A DNA stretch of 25,199 bases, from the IMG/VR virus record IMGVR_UViG_3300023065_000014, positions 1 to 25,199 of that record. One strand, given 5' to 3'. A model generated the notes under the pieces. That model saw only the letters and a program-made list of their open reading frames with translations, searched no databases and was not told the origin of the DNA. How positions within the stretch are numbered: position 1 is the first letter of the stretch; every line of letters begins with the position of its first letter. The DNA comes from a virus. Lineage: Duplodnaviria > Caudoviricetes. Of this stretch, positions 14,092 through 24,348 are shown piece by piece. A program made the position numbers and the translations under genes.

Positions 14092-14814
14092 ATGGGACCG
14101 AGATTCTCACTCACAGAGCGTAACGTAGATGTAATAACTTGGGGAGGCGTGGCTATTGAGCTAAACCTTTCCTATGATAATATCCTCGTTATGCTGCAGC
14201 TATTCGATGATAAAACGGTGTCTGATAAAAGCAAACCTCTAATAGCCCTCAATATGCTTGTAGTAGAACGTTCCTTACTAGCTCAGCTAAACGGGGAACA
14301 ACTTAATAAACTTCTCATTGATATCTTTAAAGCAAAGCTCAATATAGACCTTGATAAAAAAGAACGAGTCAATGAGATTACAAATAAGGATAACTCCACA
14401 GACGAAGCAGAAGAGGACGAGACATTCCAAGAGGTTCCTATAGTTGACTTTACTATAGACGCTGAACGGATTTTCTCGTCCTTTTTGTTTGACTACAATA
14501 TTAATCTAATCGAGCAGCAAGGAAAGCTACTCTGGAACGAGTTCCTAGCTCTATTCAATAACTTATCAGAAGAGACAACTATGAAGACTGCTATTAAGTA
14601 CCGCACTTGTGAAGTCCCTAAGAAGACCAAAGACAATGCGGACCAGGTGAAGGATATTAAGAAGAAAAAAGCCTTTTATGAGCTTCCACAAGCGAAGGCC
14701 ATGAGAGAGGCTAGAGAGTTGAAAGCTTATGAGGACCGCATGAGACGTTACAAGGAAGCACGTAAGCAACTAGCTCAAGAAAACAAGGGTGTTAAACCTA
14801 CAACAGATGATTAA
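14092..14814 (+). CDS. Bacteriophage Gp15-family protein (second tail chaperone)
   Basis: LNLSYDNIL, DFTIDAERIFSSFLFDYNINL and LLWNEFLALFNNL motifs of the A118 Gp15 family. Confidence 0.85.
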   Translation: MGPRFSLTERNVDVITWGGVAIELNLSYDNILVMLQLFDDKTVSDKSKPLIALNMLVVERSLLAQLNGEQLNKLLIDIFKAKLNIDLDKKERVNEITNKDNSTDEAEEDETFQEVPIVDFTIDAERIFSSFLFDYNINLIEQQGKLLWNEFLALFNNLSEETTMKTAIKYRTCEVPKKTKDNADQVKDIKKKKAFYELPQAKAMREARELKAYEDRMRRYKEARKQLAQENKGVKPTTDD

Positions 14815-14873
14815 GACCTCATAGCAGGGCTCCTGGAGACTCTTTAAATTAGACGAAAGGAGCGTGAATATAC

Positions 14874-17800
14874 ATGGCTGACGGAAGTGTAAAGATAGAT
14901 GCCCGAATAGACAATTCTAATATACGTAGCGATGTAGAGAGAATCAATAGAGAGCTAGGTAGAATGGGTTCTAACATGAGCTCAGTAGCTCGAACTATAC
15001 GAGATGCTTTTAATTCAGAGATAAATAATCTTGGAGGGAATGTAAGCTCAAATGTAAATAATATAAATGACCAACTAAGTAATATAGGTAGTAATGTAGG
15101 CTCTAACGTAGCAGATGTGAATGCTCAACTCAGAGAAATCGGGGCAGACATGACCACAATAGGACAAGCTGCTCGTAGGTTATTTGATGATGGGTTTAAC
15201 CCTCTTGATAGCGATGTACGGGGAGAGGTTACACAAGTAAATGAGGAGCTTATCCGTATTGGAGCAAACATACAGTCTATTGTGTCCCAAATCAATAGTG
15301 AATACCAGGCAGAGATAGACAGACTCAGCAGTATTACACGTACAGAAGTTACAGAAATCAACAATGAGATTAATCGTATCGGGTCCAATATGGGAAACAA
15401 CTCTAGAGAGATTACTCAGTCCTTTGGGTCAGACTTTGCTCGTATGAATAGCGATATTACAAGAGGATATACTCAAGTATCTGACGCTCATATGGCAATG
15501 ATGAATGAAATGAAAGCTTATCAACATCAAATGAAGGCAGGTATGTCTGGAGCTAGGGAGGCTCAAATAGAGACTCAATACGGATACTTCCAGCTAGTAC
15601 AGTCTGCAGGCTCTTATACAGGCTCGGTTGATGAAATGATAGCTAGAATCAATGAGTTAGGTAAAGCTCAAAAGGCTGCAAACGACCAGGCTATCAACTC
15701 TAACAGAATGGCTCTCATGAGTATTTATCAAACTATAGGGACTCTTAATAACGCAAGCTCTACTGCTTCCCGTTTCCAGAATAACCTTACTACGATGAAT
15801 AATCCTCTTTATAACACAAGTAGGCTTGCACTATCTGCAGTAGATTCATTGGACAGATTAGCACGATCTGGAAGCCCTCAGCAGCTAGCTCTAGAGTTCT
15901 TAGGAGCAAACGCTTCTGTTAAGCAATACAATGACTTCATTCGTGATTTAGGAACTCAAATGATGGCTTTGCCTGTCATATTTGGATTGGCTGCTGCTGC
16001 TGCAACTAAGTTCTATGGAGCTTTACATGGAAGAGCTATGGAAGAAAATACAAAGTACGCTGAAGCTTTCAATAACATGTTGGAAAAGTTAGCTAAAGCA
16101 TTTGAACCAATGGTCCAAGCGTTTGCTGCTGTAATGACTCCTATGTATAACTTTATTGCTAAACTAGCCGAGATGGTTATTCAATTTAATGAAGCTCATC
16201 CTGTATTAGCTAAGTTTATCCAAGGGATGATGATGCTTGTCCCTGCTCTGATGGTAATCCTAACACCTTTAGCTCTAGGGATAGGATACTTTAAAGGGTT
16301 AAGAGCTATCTTGTTTGCTATTAAACCTGTCATTATGCCAATCATTACAGGGTTCTCTATGATGTCTGCTCCTGCATGGATATTAGCTGCAGCAATAGCC
16401 GGATTAGTAGTAGGGTTTACTCACTTGTGGAAAACTAGTGAAACATTTAGAAATGGAGTTTTAGGAGTAATTGCAGTCATTAAGCAATGGACCGCCTCTT
16501 TGATGGACCTTGGAGGGAAAGCCTTAACTGCTACAATTGCAGGATTGAAGCAGTTCGGAGCCAATGCTTTAGAGCTAGGGAAGTATCTCGGATATGTTCT
16601 CTTAACAGGTGATAGCTTTGCGGATGTAATTTCAAAATTACCTGCTCCTATACAGGGGATCGCCACAGCACTCTCTCCTGCAATGGTTGCTCTAAATAGC
16701 TTTGGTTCAATGTTAGCTCAATTAAGTACTTATCTATGGAGCGTACTCACTACAGGCGATCACTTTAGAGATGTTGTATCTAACATGCCAGCTCCAATCC
16801 AAGGGATAGCGAACGCAATAGCTCCTGCCTTAGTTGCTCTTAATAGCCTAGGACAAGCATTTGTCAATTTAGGGAAGTATCTCTGGAGTGTAATCACTGT
16901 AGGAGACGTCATGAATGATTGGATTACGCATCTTCCTACAGGATTCCAAAATGCTGCACTCTTAATGGGAACTGCAGTAATGGCTATCCGTACTACTGTT
17001 ACCTCTATGGTGGAAGCAATAAGGCTCGCTCTAGGTGGAGATACTTCACAACTAGGACAAATATTTATGAATATTATCCCATCTCTAATAGCTATGCTTG
17101 TGGGAGGTCTCCCAGGACTTTTAATTACTGCAGCTCGTTTTCTGCCTACGATAGTGCAAGGGATAAACTCAATGTTTCCAATGTTACTAACTACAATTAC
17201 TACAGTAATAGATACTATGGTTAATTTGATAGTATTGTATCTCCCTAAGTTCATCGAGCAAGGAGTTGCGATACTTACAAAGGTTATTGAGGGGCTTGTT
17301 CAAGTTCTCCCTACTGTAGTAACTACTTTGATTAATGTAGCCGTAACAATGATTAATACACTTGTGAATACTATAGGGACATTGCTTCCTATTATCCTAG
17401 ACGCAGGTATGAAAATCTTAATGGCAATACTTGACGGAATCGTGAATAACCTTCCTAAGCTTATAGATGCTGCATTAAAGATAATGGATACTTTATTAAA
17501 TGCTCTTATTACATTACTTCCTAAAATCTTAGATGCAGGTATTAAAATCTTAATGGCTCTTATTAATGGGATTGTAAAGATTCTGCCTAATCTAGTAGAC
17601 ACGGCTATCATGCTTGTAAATAAAATTATTGAGATGATTATTACTAATCTTCCTAAAATATTAGATGCAGGTGTAAAAATCTTAATGGCAATCGTTGATG
17701 GGATCATAAAAATGCTTCCTAAGATTGTAGATGCTGCAGTTAAGATAATTACTCAACTTGTAAATATCATCATGCAAAACCTACCTAAAATAATTGAGTC

Positions 17801-18671
17801 TGGTATTAAAATCTTAATGGCAATTATAAAAGGTATTATTCAAATTATGCCTCAATTAGCTGCAGCAGCTCTAAAGATTATCTATGAAATAGCTAAGACT
17901 ATTATTGCTAATCTACCTCAGATCCTTGCTGCAGGTGTGCAGATACTTTGGTCTCTTATTAAAGGTATCTATTCTGTGTTAAGTAGCTTGTGGAGCGCTA
18001 TTACAGACAATGTTATCGGAGGAATTAAGAAATGTTTCTCTAATGCAGGTTCTATGCTCCTAAGTGCAGGTAAAGACATAGTACGAGGCTTAGCAGACGG
18101 AATTAGTGGAATGGCTTCCGACGCGATAAATGCAGCGAAAAGATTGGCTGGCAAAGTTAAAGAAGCAGTAGTTGGATTCTTTAAGATAAAATCTCCTTCC
18201 CGTGTAATGAAAGAAGTCGGTGGTTATGTCACTGAAGGTTTAGCCGTGGGAATTACAGATATGACAAGTGATGCAGTAAAGGCAGCTACTAAAATGGCTG
18301 ATGCTGTATTAAGCGGCTTTGAAACTCTTTCTAATGACATTGAGCTTGGAAACGTCTTAGGGAATGATAACTTCCAAGGAATGGACCTAGGAGTAACTCC
18401 AGACTTCAAGCTCCCTAAGATGGATGATGTTATTAAAGGTTCCGTTTCTATAGCTCCTACTGCTTATGAGCGTATATCTGGGACTTACAAGACTAATAGC
18501 ACCACTAAGAAAACAGAAGCTCAAGAGAAGCAATCTGATAAGGCCCCTACTTATCTTGTTATGGATAAAAAGGTTGTAGGGGAGGTTATCTCTGAGGACG
18601 TTGACAATGCTAATAAGCGTAGAACTAGCAGACTAGCACAGTTCAACCCACAAGTTACCCCTGCTTTCTAG
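14874..18671 (+). CDS. Tail tape measure protein, 1265 aa
   Basis: MADGSVKID start, long helical repeats, IKSPSRVM motif near the C-terminus, synteny. Confidence 0.95.
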   Translation: MADGSVKIDARIDNSNIRSDVERINRELGRMGSNMSSVARTIRDAFNSEINNLGGNVSSNVNNINDQLSNIGSNVGSNVADVNAQLREIGADMTTIGQAARRLFDDGFNPLDSDVRGEVTQVNEELIRIGANIQSIVSQINSEYQAEIDRLSSITRTEVTEINNEINRIGSNMGNNSREITQSFGSDFARMNSDITRGYTQVSDAHMAMMNEMKAYQHQMKAGMSGAREAQIETQYGYFQLVQSAGSYTGSVDEMIARINELGKAQKAANDQAINSNRMALMSIYQTIGTLNNASSTASRFQNNLTTMNNPLYNTSRLALSAVDSLDRLARSGSPQQLALEFLGANASVKQYNDFIRDLGTQMMALPVIFGLAAAAATKFYGALHGRAMEENTKYAEAFNNMLEKLAKAFEPMVQAFAAVMTPMYNFIAKLAEMVIQFNEAHPVLAKFIQGMMMLVPALMVILTPLALGIGYFKGLRAILFAIKPVIMPIITGFSMMSAPAWILAAAIAGLVVGFTHLWKTSETFRNGVLGVIAVIKQWTASLMDLGGKALTATIAGLKQFGANALELGKYLGYVLLTGDSFADVISKLPAPIQGIATALSPAMVALNSFGSMLAQLSTYLWSVLTTGDHFRDVVSNMPAPIQGIANAIAPALVALNSLGQAFVNLGKYLWSVITVGDVMNDWITHLPTGFQNAALLMGTAVMAIRTTVTSMVEAIRLALGGDTSQLGQIFMNIIPSLIAMLVGGLPGLLITAARFLPTIVQGINSMFPMLLTTITTVIDTMVNLIVLYLPKFIEQGVAILTKVIEGLVQVLPTVVTTLINVAVTMINTLVNTIGTLLPIILDAGMKILMAILDGIVNNLPKLIDAALKIMDTLLNALITLLPKILDAGIKILMALINGIVKILPNLVDTAIMLVNKIIEMIITNLPKILDAGVKILMAIVDGIIKMLPKIVDAAVKIITQLVNIIMQNLPKIIESGIKILMAIIKGIIQIMPQLAAAALKIIYEIAKTIIANLPQILAAGVQILWSLIKGIYSVLSSLWSAITDNVIGGIKKCFSNAGSMLLSAGKDIVRGLADGISGMASDAINAAKRLAGKVKEAVVGFFKIKSPSRVMKEVGGYVTEGLAVGITDMTSDAVKAATKMADAVLSGFETLSNDIELGNVLGNDNFQGMDLGVTPDFKLPKMDDVIKGSVSIAPTAYERISGTYKTNSTTKKTEAQEKQSDKAPTYLVMDKKVVGEVISEDVDNANKRRTSRLAQFNPQVTPAF
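17412..17821 (+). repeat. 132-bp (44-aa) periodic repeat within the TMP gene
   Basis: AAAATCTTAATGGC at 17412, 17544, 17676 and 17808, encoding part of LPKILDAGxKILMA. Confidence 0.85.
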
Positions 18672-18737
18672 AATAAACTTACGAGCCTTCCTTCTAGGGG
18701 GCTCTATTAAATAAGAATAACTAAGGAGGATACTCAC

Positions 18738-20210
18738 GTGACTAGCTTTAAATTCAACGGAATCAAAAAAGATTACCTGTTCATTTTGATGGGGTTTAAC
18801 CGCTCTGCGTGGGCTCCTATTGAACGAGACATCTTAACGACTCCTGGAAGACCTGGAGGCTACTTGCTGCAAACTAATACTAAAGTCCGAGTTATTGAAG
18901 TCCCTGTTATCTTAAAGGCTAGCTCACAAGATGACCTACAGAAGAAAAAAGAAGACTTAGCAGATTGGCTCATACAAGACGAACCGAAGGAGCTTATTTT
19001 TGACGATGAGCCAGATCGTACCTACATGGCTTTACTTGACGGGGAAACTGATTTAGATGAATTGATATTCAGAGGAAAAGGATCTATTCATTTTGTATGT
19101 CCAATGCCTTATAAACTAGGAGAAGTTAAAACGTCTGGCTTATCTATTGTAGGCTCAGACCTAAAGGCAGTTATTCCTAATAAGGGGACAGTAGAGTCAA
19201 ATCCTATCGTAGAAATTGACGTACTAAATAAGAGCCCTTTCATTGATATTTGGAACGGTGACGATTATTTCCGTTTAGGTTATCCAACGGGACCAAAAAC
19301 AAAACTAGTAGCTCAAGAGGATAGAGTCATTTGGGACAAGATGGACAATTTAGGGAAATGGAATCCTCACAATGGGCCGCTTGGCTCACTCTTTGAAGGA
19401 GCTGGAGCTATGGAGATAGCAGGGAGCGGACACGGTTTCCGTCCTAGCACTTATGGACCTGTTAAAGAAAATACATGGTATGGTCCAATTCTTAAACAGT
19501 CTCTTCCTCCTGGAGGGGCTACAGACTTCAAAGTTGATATGAGACTTTCTTTTGACTCTTTAAGCTATGACAGAATGGGAACTATCATGCTCTTCTTATT
19601 AGATGCTAATGACAATATCGTTGCTCAATTAGGAATGAAGGACGAGTACGACACTTCTTCAATCACAAAAGCTTATACAGTCATAAATGATGGACCTGAA
19701 GAGAAAACGCTTATAGATGATACTGGAAGGACACCTGGCTCATTCACAGACTTTAGAGGACATGTGATGTTAACGCGAGAGGGAAATACTTGGACAGCTT
19801 ATTCTGCTTTATATAAGAAAGGAACTTATCAAGATTATGAAACTATCATTGAAACCTGGAATGATGTCAACAAGTCCAATTTTGCCACTACTTCTATAGT
19901 CACTAAAGTAGCGATAGGAATCTTCAAATATGGGGATTACAGTCCATTAGATGCTATTTTTATAGAAGACTTAAAAGTGTATAAGAAGTTTAGTGTACCA
20001 GTAGATGCAACTCCCTATATTGTGGACCAGGGGGACACTGTAGTTGTAGATACTGAGAGAGCTCTTGTGACAGTTAACGGGAAAGATGCTATCAATATTA
20101 AAGAGTTATTTAGTGAATTTCCAGTTGTCAATAGAGGAGAAAATGAAATAATCGTACGCCCTAAGAATATAGGGACTGCCAAAGTAACATACAGGGAGAG
20201 ATACAGATAA
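18738..20210 (+). CDS. Distal tail protein (Dit) with a large internal insertion
   Basis: SFKFNG start, ELIFDDEPDRTY, FVCPMPYKLG and VTYRERY motifs. GTG start with RBS AAGGAGG. 490 aa. Confidence 0.9.
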   Translation: MTSFKFNGIKKDYLFILMGFNRSAWAPIERDILTTPGRPGGYLLQTNTKVRVIEVPVILKASSQDDLQKKKEDLADWLIQDEPKELIFDDEPDRTYMALLDGETDLDELIFRGKGSIHFVCPMPYKLGEVKTSGLSIVGSDLKAVIPNKGTVESNPIVEIDVLNKSPFIDIWNGDDYFRLGYPTGPKTKLVAQEDRVIWDKMDNLGKWNPHNGPLGSLFEGAGAMEIAGSGHGFRPSTYGPVKENTWYGPILKQSLPPGGATDFKVDMRLSFDSLSYDRMGTIMLFLLDANDNIVAQLGMKDEYDTSSITKAYTVINDGPEEKTLIDDTGRTPGSFTDFRGHVMLTREGNTWTAYSALYKKGTYQDYETIIETWNDVNKSNFATTSIVTKVAIGIFKYGDYSPLDAIFIEDLKVYKKFSVPVDATPYIVDQGDTVVVDTERALVTVNGKDAINIKELFSEFPVVNRGENEIIVRPKNIGTAKVTYRERYR

Positions 20211-23200
20211 TGGGAAAGCGAAAAGGAGATCTTCACATAGTTGATTACATTACAAGACAAGTGATAGCTACTATACGTCCTCATGATTATATTGAGGACA
20301 AGCGTCACTGGGAAATAAAGAACTCCATTGATATATTAGATGTTAAATTACTTGAGAGCTCAAAATATATCCCTTATCTTCAACAGCAAAATATCATCTT
20401 GAAAGAAACACGTCCAGGTATAATAACACCTTATGTGATTACCTCTGTAGAGAAGGATTCTGCTGCTAAGACAGTTACAATCCTTGCTAGTGGTGAATGG
20501 ACCTTACTAGATGCTGACGGTTATATTGAACCTAAAAAGTTCGACTCTCTTAAAGCAGAAGAGTATATGAGAATAGCCCTTAAAGGGACTGACTGGGAAG
20601 TCGGTAAAGTAGAAGCAGCAGGAACACGTACGCAATACATTAAAGAGTTTGTATCCCCTTTGAGACTTCTTAATTTAACCGCTGCAGAGTTTAATCATTA
20701 TGAGCTTCAATATAGGGTTACTATCCAGGGAGCTAGTATCAATAAAAGATACGTAGACTTAGTAGAAAAGCGTGGTAGATACACTGGGAAGGAAATCAAT
20801 ATAGGTAAGGACTTGCAAGGGATTACTCGTACAGAAAACTCTGACGGTGTAATTACTGCTCTGGTGGGTTACGTTACTGTCCAGGGAGCAAACGGTCAAG
20901 ATGAGGTAATTACTGTAGCAGATATTAATAATGGTATTCCCTACGTGGTTGACGAGGAAGCATTTCAACGTTGGAACATTAATGGTAAGCATCGCTTTGG
21001 GTTTTATACTCCAGAGACTGATAATCAAAATATGACTCCAGAGCGTTTAATGACTCTGACAAAGGCAGCTCTGAAGAAGCGAGTAGATACTAACTTAGTT
21101 TATGGAGTTGACGCTGTTTCGTTGGCTAGAGTAGCAGGGATGTCACATGAGGCAATAAATGAAGGTGATACTGTATACATTAAAGACAAGACGCTTAACC
21201 CTCCTTTATATTTAGAAGCTCGTGCGATTGCTTCAGACGAGTCTTTCAAGGATCCCCGTCAAGATAAAATCTATTTCGGTAACTATAGAGAGATAGAAGA
21301 TGTAAATGATTCTCTCATGAAGGCTTATCAACGTATTTTATCTTCTTTGCAAGACAAAGTACCTGCAGAAGTATTTAAGCAGCTAGACGAAAAAGTAAAA
21401 GGTCAGACTGATGCTATTACAGAGGCAGGAGCTAAAGCGGACCAGGCTCATGAAGATGCTAAAACTGCAAAGGATTTAGCTACAGAGGTAGAAAGTAACA
21501 TGAATCAGATGCAAACGGCTATTATCGAGAGTCCTACTGCTCCTACAGATAAACTAGAAGCAGGAAAAACTCTATGGCTTGACTCCAGTAATTCAACTGC
21601 TAAGATATTGAAACTCTGGAATGGGACTGACTGGGAGCCACTTGTACCGGACACTGTAGGGATTACTACAGAGATTACGAATATTAAAGGTGAACTAAGT
21701 ACAAAAGTTACCGAAACTCAGATGCAGGAATACATTGGAGAGCTAGGTTCTGATAACCTCTTATTGAATACTCAGTTTGTTAAAAAGAAAGTAAATGACT
21801 TCGGAGACGTTACTGAAGAGACTCCTTCACTTGAAAGATGGAACCCTGACGCTGATGCTGCTGACAGAAAGATTACCGTAGATGAATCTAAGAGATACAA
21901 ACAAAGTAGGTCAGTTAAGATTGAATCTACACATACAACAACTAATGTCTGGCATGGTATCTATCAAGATGTACCTGCTTATCAGAAACAAGGAAAGTTC
22001 CAATTCTCTGCTATGCTATATACTGATGATAAGTATGCTATCACTCTAGGGGCAGCTTATAAGATAGAGTTCTTCAACGGATCAACTTCAGTAGGTGGAT
22101 ACAAACAAGTTGAGTTCCAAGATAAGCTAGTAGATGGACAATGGACTAGATTCACTATAGATCATGACGCTCCAGATGTTCCAATCACTCATGCACGTAT
22201 AGAAGTGTGGATCAGGAGAGCTGGTACTGTATGGGTAGCTGAGCCACAGTGTAACGTAGGTGAGAAACTTCCTGTCTATATGGAAAACCCCAAGGACATT
22301 GTAAACTATGACGCTATGGTTAAAGAGGTTGCTGACCGTGTGACTAAGTCAGAATTCAATACAGTTAACTCTAGTTATGATACAAAACTCACTCAGACTA
22401 ATCAGGAAATAAACTTACGAGCTAAATCTACTGATGTTTACACTAAAGATGAAGGTGATGGACGATATGGTAGTAAAGCTGTAGTGGATAGACATGAATC
22501 TGAGTTGAAAGTAAATGCTCAGGAGATTTCTCTCCGTGTTAAAGACAATGAGATTGCTGCAAAGTTGAACCTCACAGCTCAGACTGCTTTGATTCAAGCT
22601 CCGAAGATAAATCTTGACGGATACGTAGAAGCTAAGCATATCAAGACAGGTAGCTTAAAAGGCGTAGTAATCATGACAGAGGACCCGTCTAGCTCTAATA
22701 ACCATATGAGACTAGAGAAGCAGAATCTTACTCTATATGGGACTGGAAGGTCACGTGGGTACCTAGGATTCGTACCTACCACAGATGGCTCCTTTACAGA
22801 GGCTCTTGTACTCGGAAATGATTACTCTGGAGCAGGTGGTAGCGTCAACGACTCGTTAGTACTTGACCATACGACTCCTAGTGCTACAAACTTCACAGAA
22901 TCAGTAGCAAGTATAGGTCTTGCTTCCGGGAAGGACGCTAAGGGTAATATTCTTAAGAGTTCATATATTTCTTTTACAAGATATGGCGGAACTAAAATGG
23001 CTCTTAAGTCAACTGGCTCTATTGATGTACTTGCATCTGATGATATTTATCTCAATGCAAGCCATTTAGGAGATATCCGCATGAGAGGAAGAGGTTATAG
23101 TTTCCTATCTGTAGGGGGATCAGCCGATACATTCTCATTCGGAAAAGAACGTACTCAGATATCAAATGACTTCATAATAAAATTAGATGATACTGTAAAC

Positions 23201-23767
23201 TTAGAAGCGGTTGCTACAACATACCACAATATGCATATCAAGGTTCACAAAGGAGAAAGAAACAAAGAAGGGTTCTATTTCCTTCAGAGATATGACCCTG
23301 CCCAGGGGATATATTCATTGTACGCAAACGTAAACTGTAATAATCTGTGGGCAGCTTTTGATGTATCTGGTGTTACTTGGACTCAGCGTTCAACTAGAGA
23401 GATAAAAACAGACATCCAAACAATCCAAAGCGATGAAGTAGACGCTTTAATGTTGTTAAAGCCTAGTCAATATTTCTTAAATAAGGATGTAGAAGAGTAT
23501 GGGATCGACTACTTAAGAGAGCATTCTAGTGATTTCCTTCAATACGGGTTCATTGCAGAGGAAACTCCAGAGCAATTCCAAGGCAAAGATAAAAAATCTG
23601 TAGTTCCTTACTCGTTGATTACTGTAAATATTGCAGCCACTCAGCAAATCATGCTAAGACAGAACGAACAACAAAAGGAAATAAACTCTTTGAAAGAACA
23701 AAATGTAGCTCAAGAGGAAAGAATATCCAAGCTTGAGGCACTTGTACAACAATTATTAGCTAATTAA
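20210..23767 (+). CDS. Tal / central tail fibre: prophage tail-endopeptidase-like N-terminus, coiled coil, carbohydrate-binding-like domain, C-terminal peptidase S74 chaperone
   Basis: Typical N-terminal structural region, DNLLLNTQF module start, STREIK...LKPSQY...YGFIAEE plus terminal coiled coil. TAATG coupling to Dit. Confidence 0.9.
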   Translation: MGKRKGDLHIVDYITRQVIATIRPHDYIEDKRHWEIKNSIDILDVKLLESSKYIPYLQQQNIILKETRPGIITPYVITSVEKDSAAKTVTILASGEWTLLDADGYIEPKKFDSLKAEEYMRIALKGTDWEVGKVEAAGTRTQYIKEFVSPLRLLNLTAAEFNHYELQYRVTIQGASINKRYVDLVEKRGRYTGKEINIGKDLQGITRTENSDGVITALVGYVTVQGANGQDEVITVADINNGIPYVVDEEAFQRWNINGKHRFGFYTPETDNQNMTPERLMTLTKAALKKRVDTNLVYGVDAVSLARVAGMSHEAINEGDTVYIKDKTLNPPLYLEARAIASDESFKDPRQDKIYFGNYREIEDVNDSLMKAYQRILSSLQDKVPAEVFKQLDEKVKGQTDAITEAGAKADQAHEDAKTAKDLATEVESNMNQMQTAIIESPTAPTDKLEAGKTLWLDSSNSTAKILKLWNGTDWEPLVPDTVGITTEITNIKGELSTKVTETQMQEYIGELGSDNLLLNTQFVKKKVNDFGDVTEETPSLERWNPDADAADRKITVDESKRYKQSRSVKIESTHTTTNVWHGIYQDVPAYQKQGKFQFSAMLYTDDKYAITLGAAYKIEFFNGSTSVGGYKQVEFQDKLVDGQWTRFTIDHDAPDVPITHARIEVWIRRAGTVWVAEPQCNVGEKLPVYMENPKDIVNYDAMVKEVADRVTKSEFNTVNSSYDTKLTQTNQEINLRAKSTDVYTKDEGDGRYGSKAVVDRHESELKVNAQEISLRVKDNEIAAKLNLTAQTALIQAPKINLDGYVEAKHIKTGSLKGVVIMTEDPSSSNNHMRLEKQNLTLYGTGRSRGYLGFVPTTDGSFTEALVLGNDYSGAGGSVNDSLVLDHTTPSATNFTESVASIGLASGKDAKGNILKSSYISFTRYGGTKMALKSTGSIDVLASDDIYLNASHLGDIRMRGRGYSFLSVGGSADTFSFGKERTQISNDFIIKLDDTVNLEAVATTYHNMHIKVHKGERNKEGFYFLQRYDPAQGIYSLYANVNCNNLWAAFDVSGVTWTQRSTREIKTDIQTIQSDEVDALMLLKPSQYFLNKDVEEYGIDYLREHSSDFLQYGFIAEETPEQFQGKDKKSVVPYSLITVNIAATQQIMLRQNEQQKEINSLKEQNVAQEERISKLEALVQQLLAN

Positions 23768-23783
23768 GTGAGATTTTCCCTAC

Positions 23784-23883
23784 AGAGCAGCCATAAGCTG
23801 GTCTTTTTTATTTTTCCTAAAATACTGGCTTAGATTAAGTTTTACAGATTGAGAGAGGCGAAATTCGTCTCTCTTTTTATTTT
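23784..23883 (+). terminator. Two tandem terminator-like hairpins before the lysis cassette
   Basis: AGAGCAGC-cataa-GCTGGTCT-TTTTT (23784-23809) and GAGAGAGGCGA-aat-TCGTCTCTCT-TTTTATTTT (23851-23883). Confidence 0.7.
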
Positions 23884-23899
23884 GAAAGGAGGTGAAGAC

Positions 23900-24139
23900 T
23901 TGGAACAACCAAAACATGATGAATTCAGAGAACTACTAGTTGGATTAACAAGAGTAGAAACAAAACTTGATCTACTTGGAAACGTTAAAGATATCGCAAT
24001 TGAGGCGCAACAGTCAGCAAAAAGCGCACATTTGCGTGTAGATAGATTGGACAAGCTTGTATTTTGGTTAGGAACAACAGTAATCGGTGCAGTTATTATG
24101 GGTGGAATTACAGCTTTATTCAAATTTGCAGGAAAGTAG
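23900..24139 (+). CDS. xhlA: Haemolysin XhlA-family lysis protein, 79 aa
   Basis: RBS AAAGGAGGTG before TTG 23900. Coiled coil plus C-terminal TM segment (AKSAHLRVDRLDKLVFWLGTTVIGAVI). Confidence 0.8.
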   Translation: MEQPKHDEFRELLVGLTRVETKLDLLGNVKDIAIEAQQSAKSAHLRVDRLDKLVFWLGTTVIGAVIMGGITALFKFAGK

Positions 24140-24147
24140 GAGAGATA

Positions 24148-24348
24148 ATGAACAAAGAAAATATTCAAAAACGATTACGTAACTGGCGCACATGGATTGC
24201 GCTTTTTTCATTACTTGGATTCTTATTCACGAAATTCGGCATGCCAGAGGCTGATAATTTTCTGAAAGAGCTTTTACCTTATCTATTCGCAGTAGGTGTT
24301 GCACTTGGTATTTGGACTGATCACGAAGATAAAGGAGAAGATGCTTAA
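24148..24348 (+). CDS. Holin, 66 aa, two TM segments
   Basis: RBS AGGAG. KRLRNWRTWIAL...LGIWTDH pattern. TAATG overlap with the endolysin. Confidence 0.88.
   Translation: MNKENIQKRLRNWRTWIALFSLLGFLFTKFGMPEADNFLKELLPYLFAVGVALGIWTDHEDKGEDA

Noticed and set aside
14040-14100. Lambda G/GT-type frameshift between the tail chaperones
   Set aside because: No X-XXY-YYZ heptamer near the stop, and the second gene has its own RBS (AAGGTGA) and ATG.
15125-18409. Multiple minus-strand ORFs of 61-164 aa inside the tape measure gene, and similar shadows in portal, MCP and Tal
   Set aside because: Antisense shadows of codon-biased, repetitive genes, with no RBS or recognisable domains.
20210-23767. Diversity-generating retroelement or invertible tail-fibre cassette
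   Set aside because: No reverse transcriptase or invertase, and no template/variable repeat pair seen in the window.
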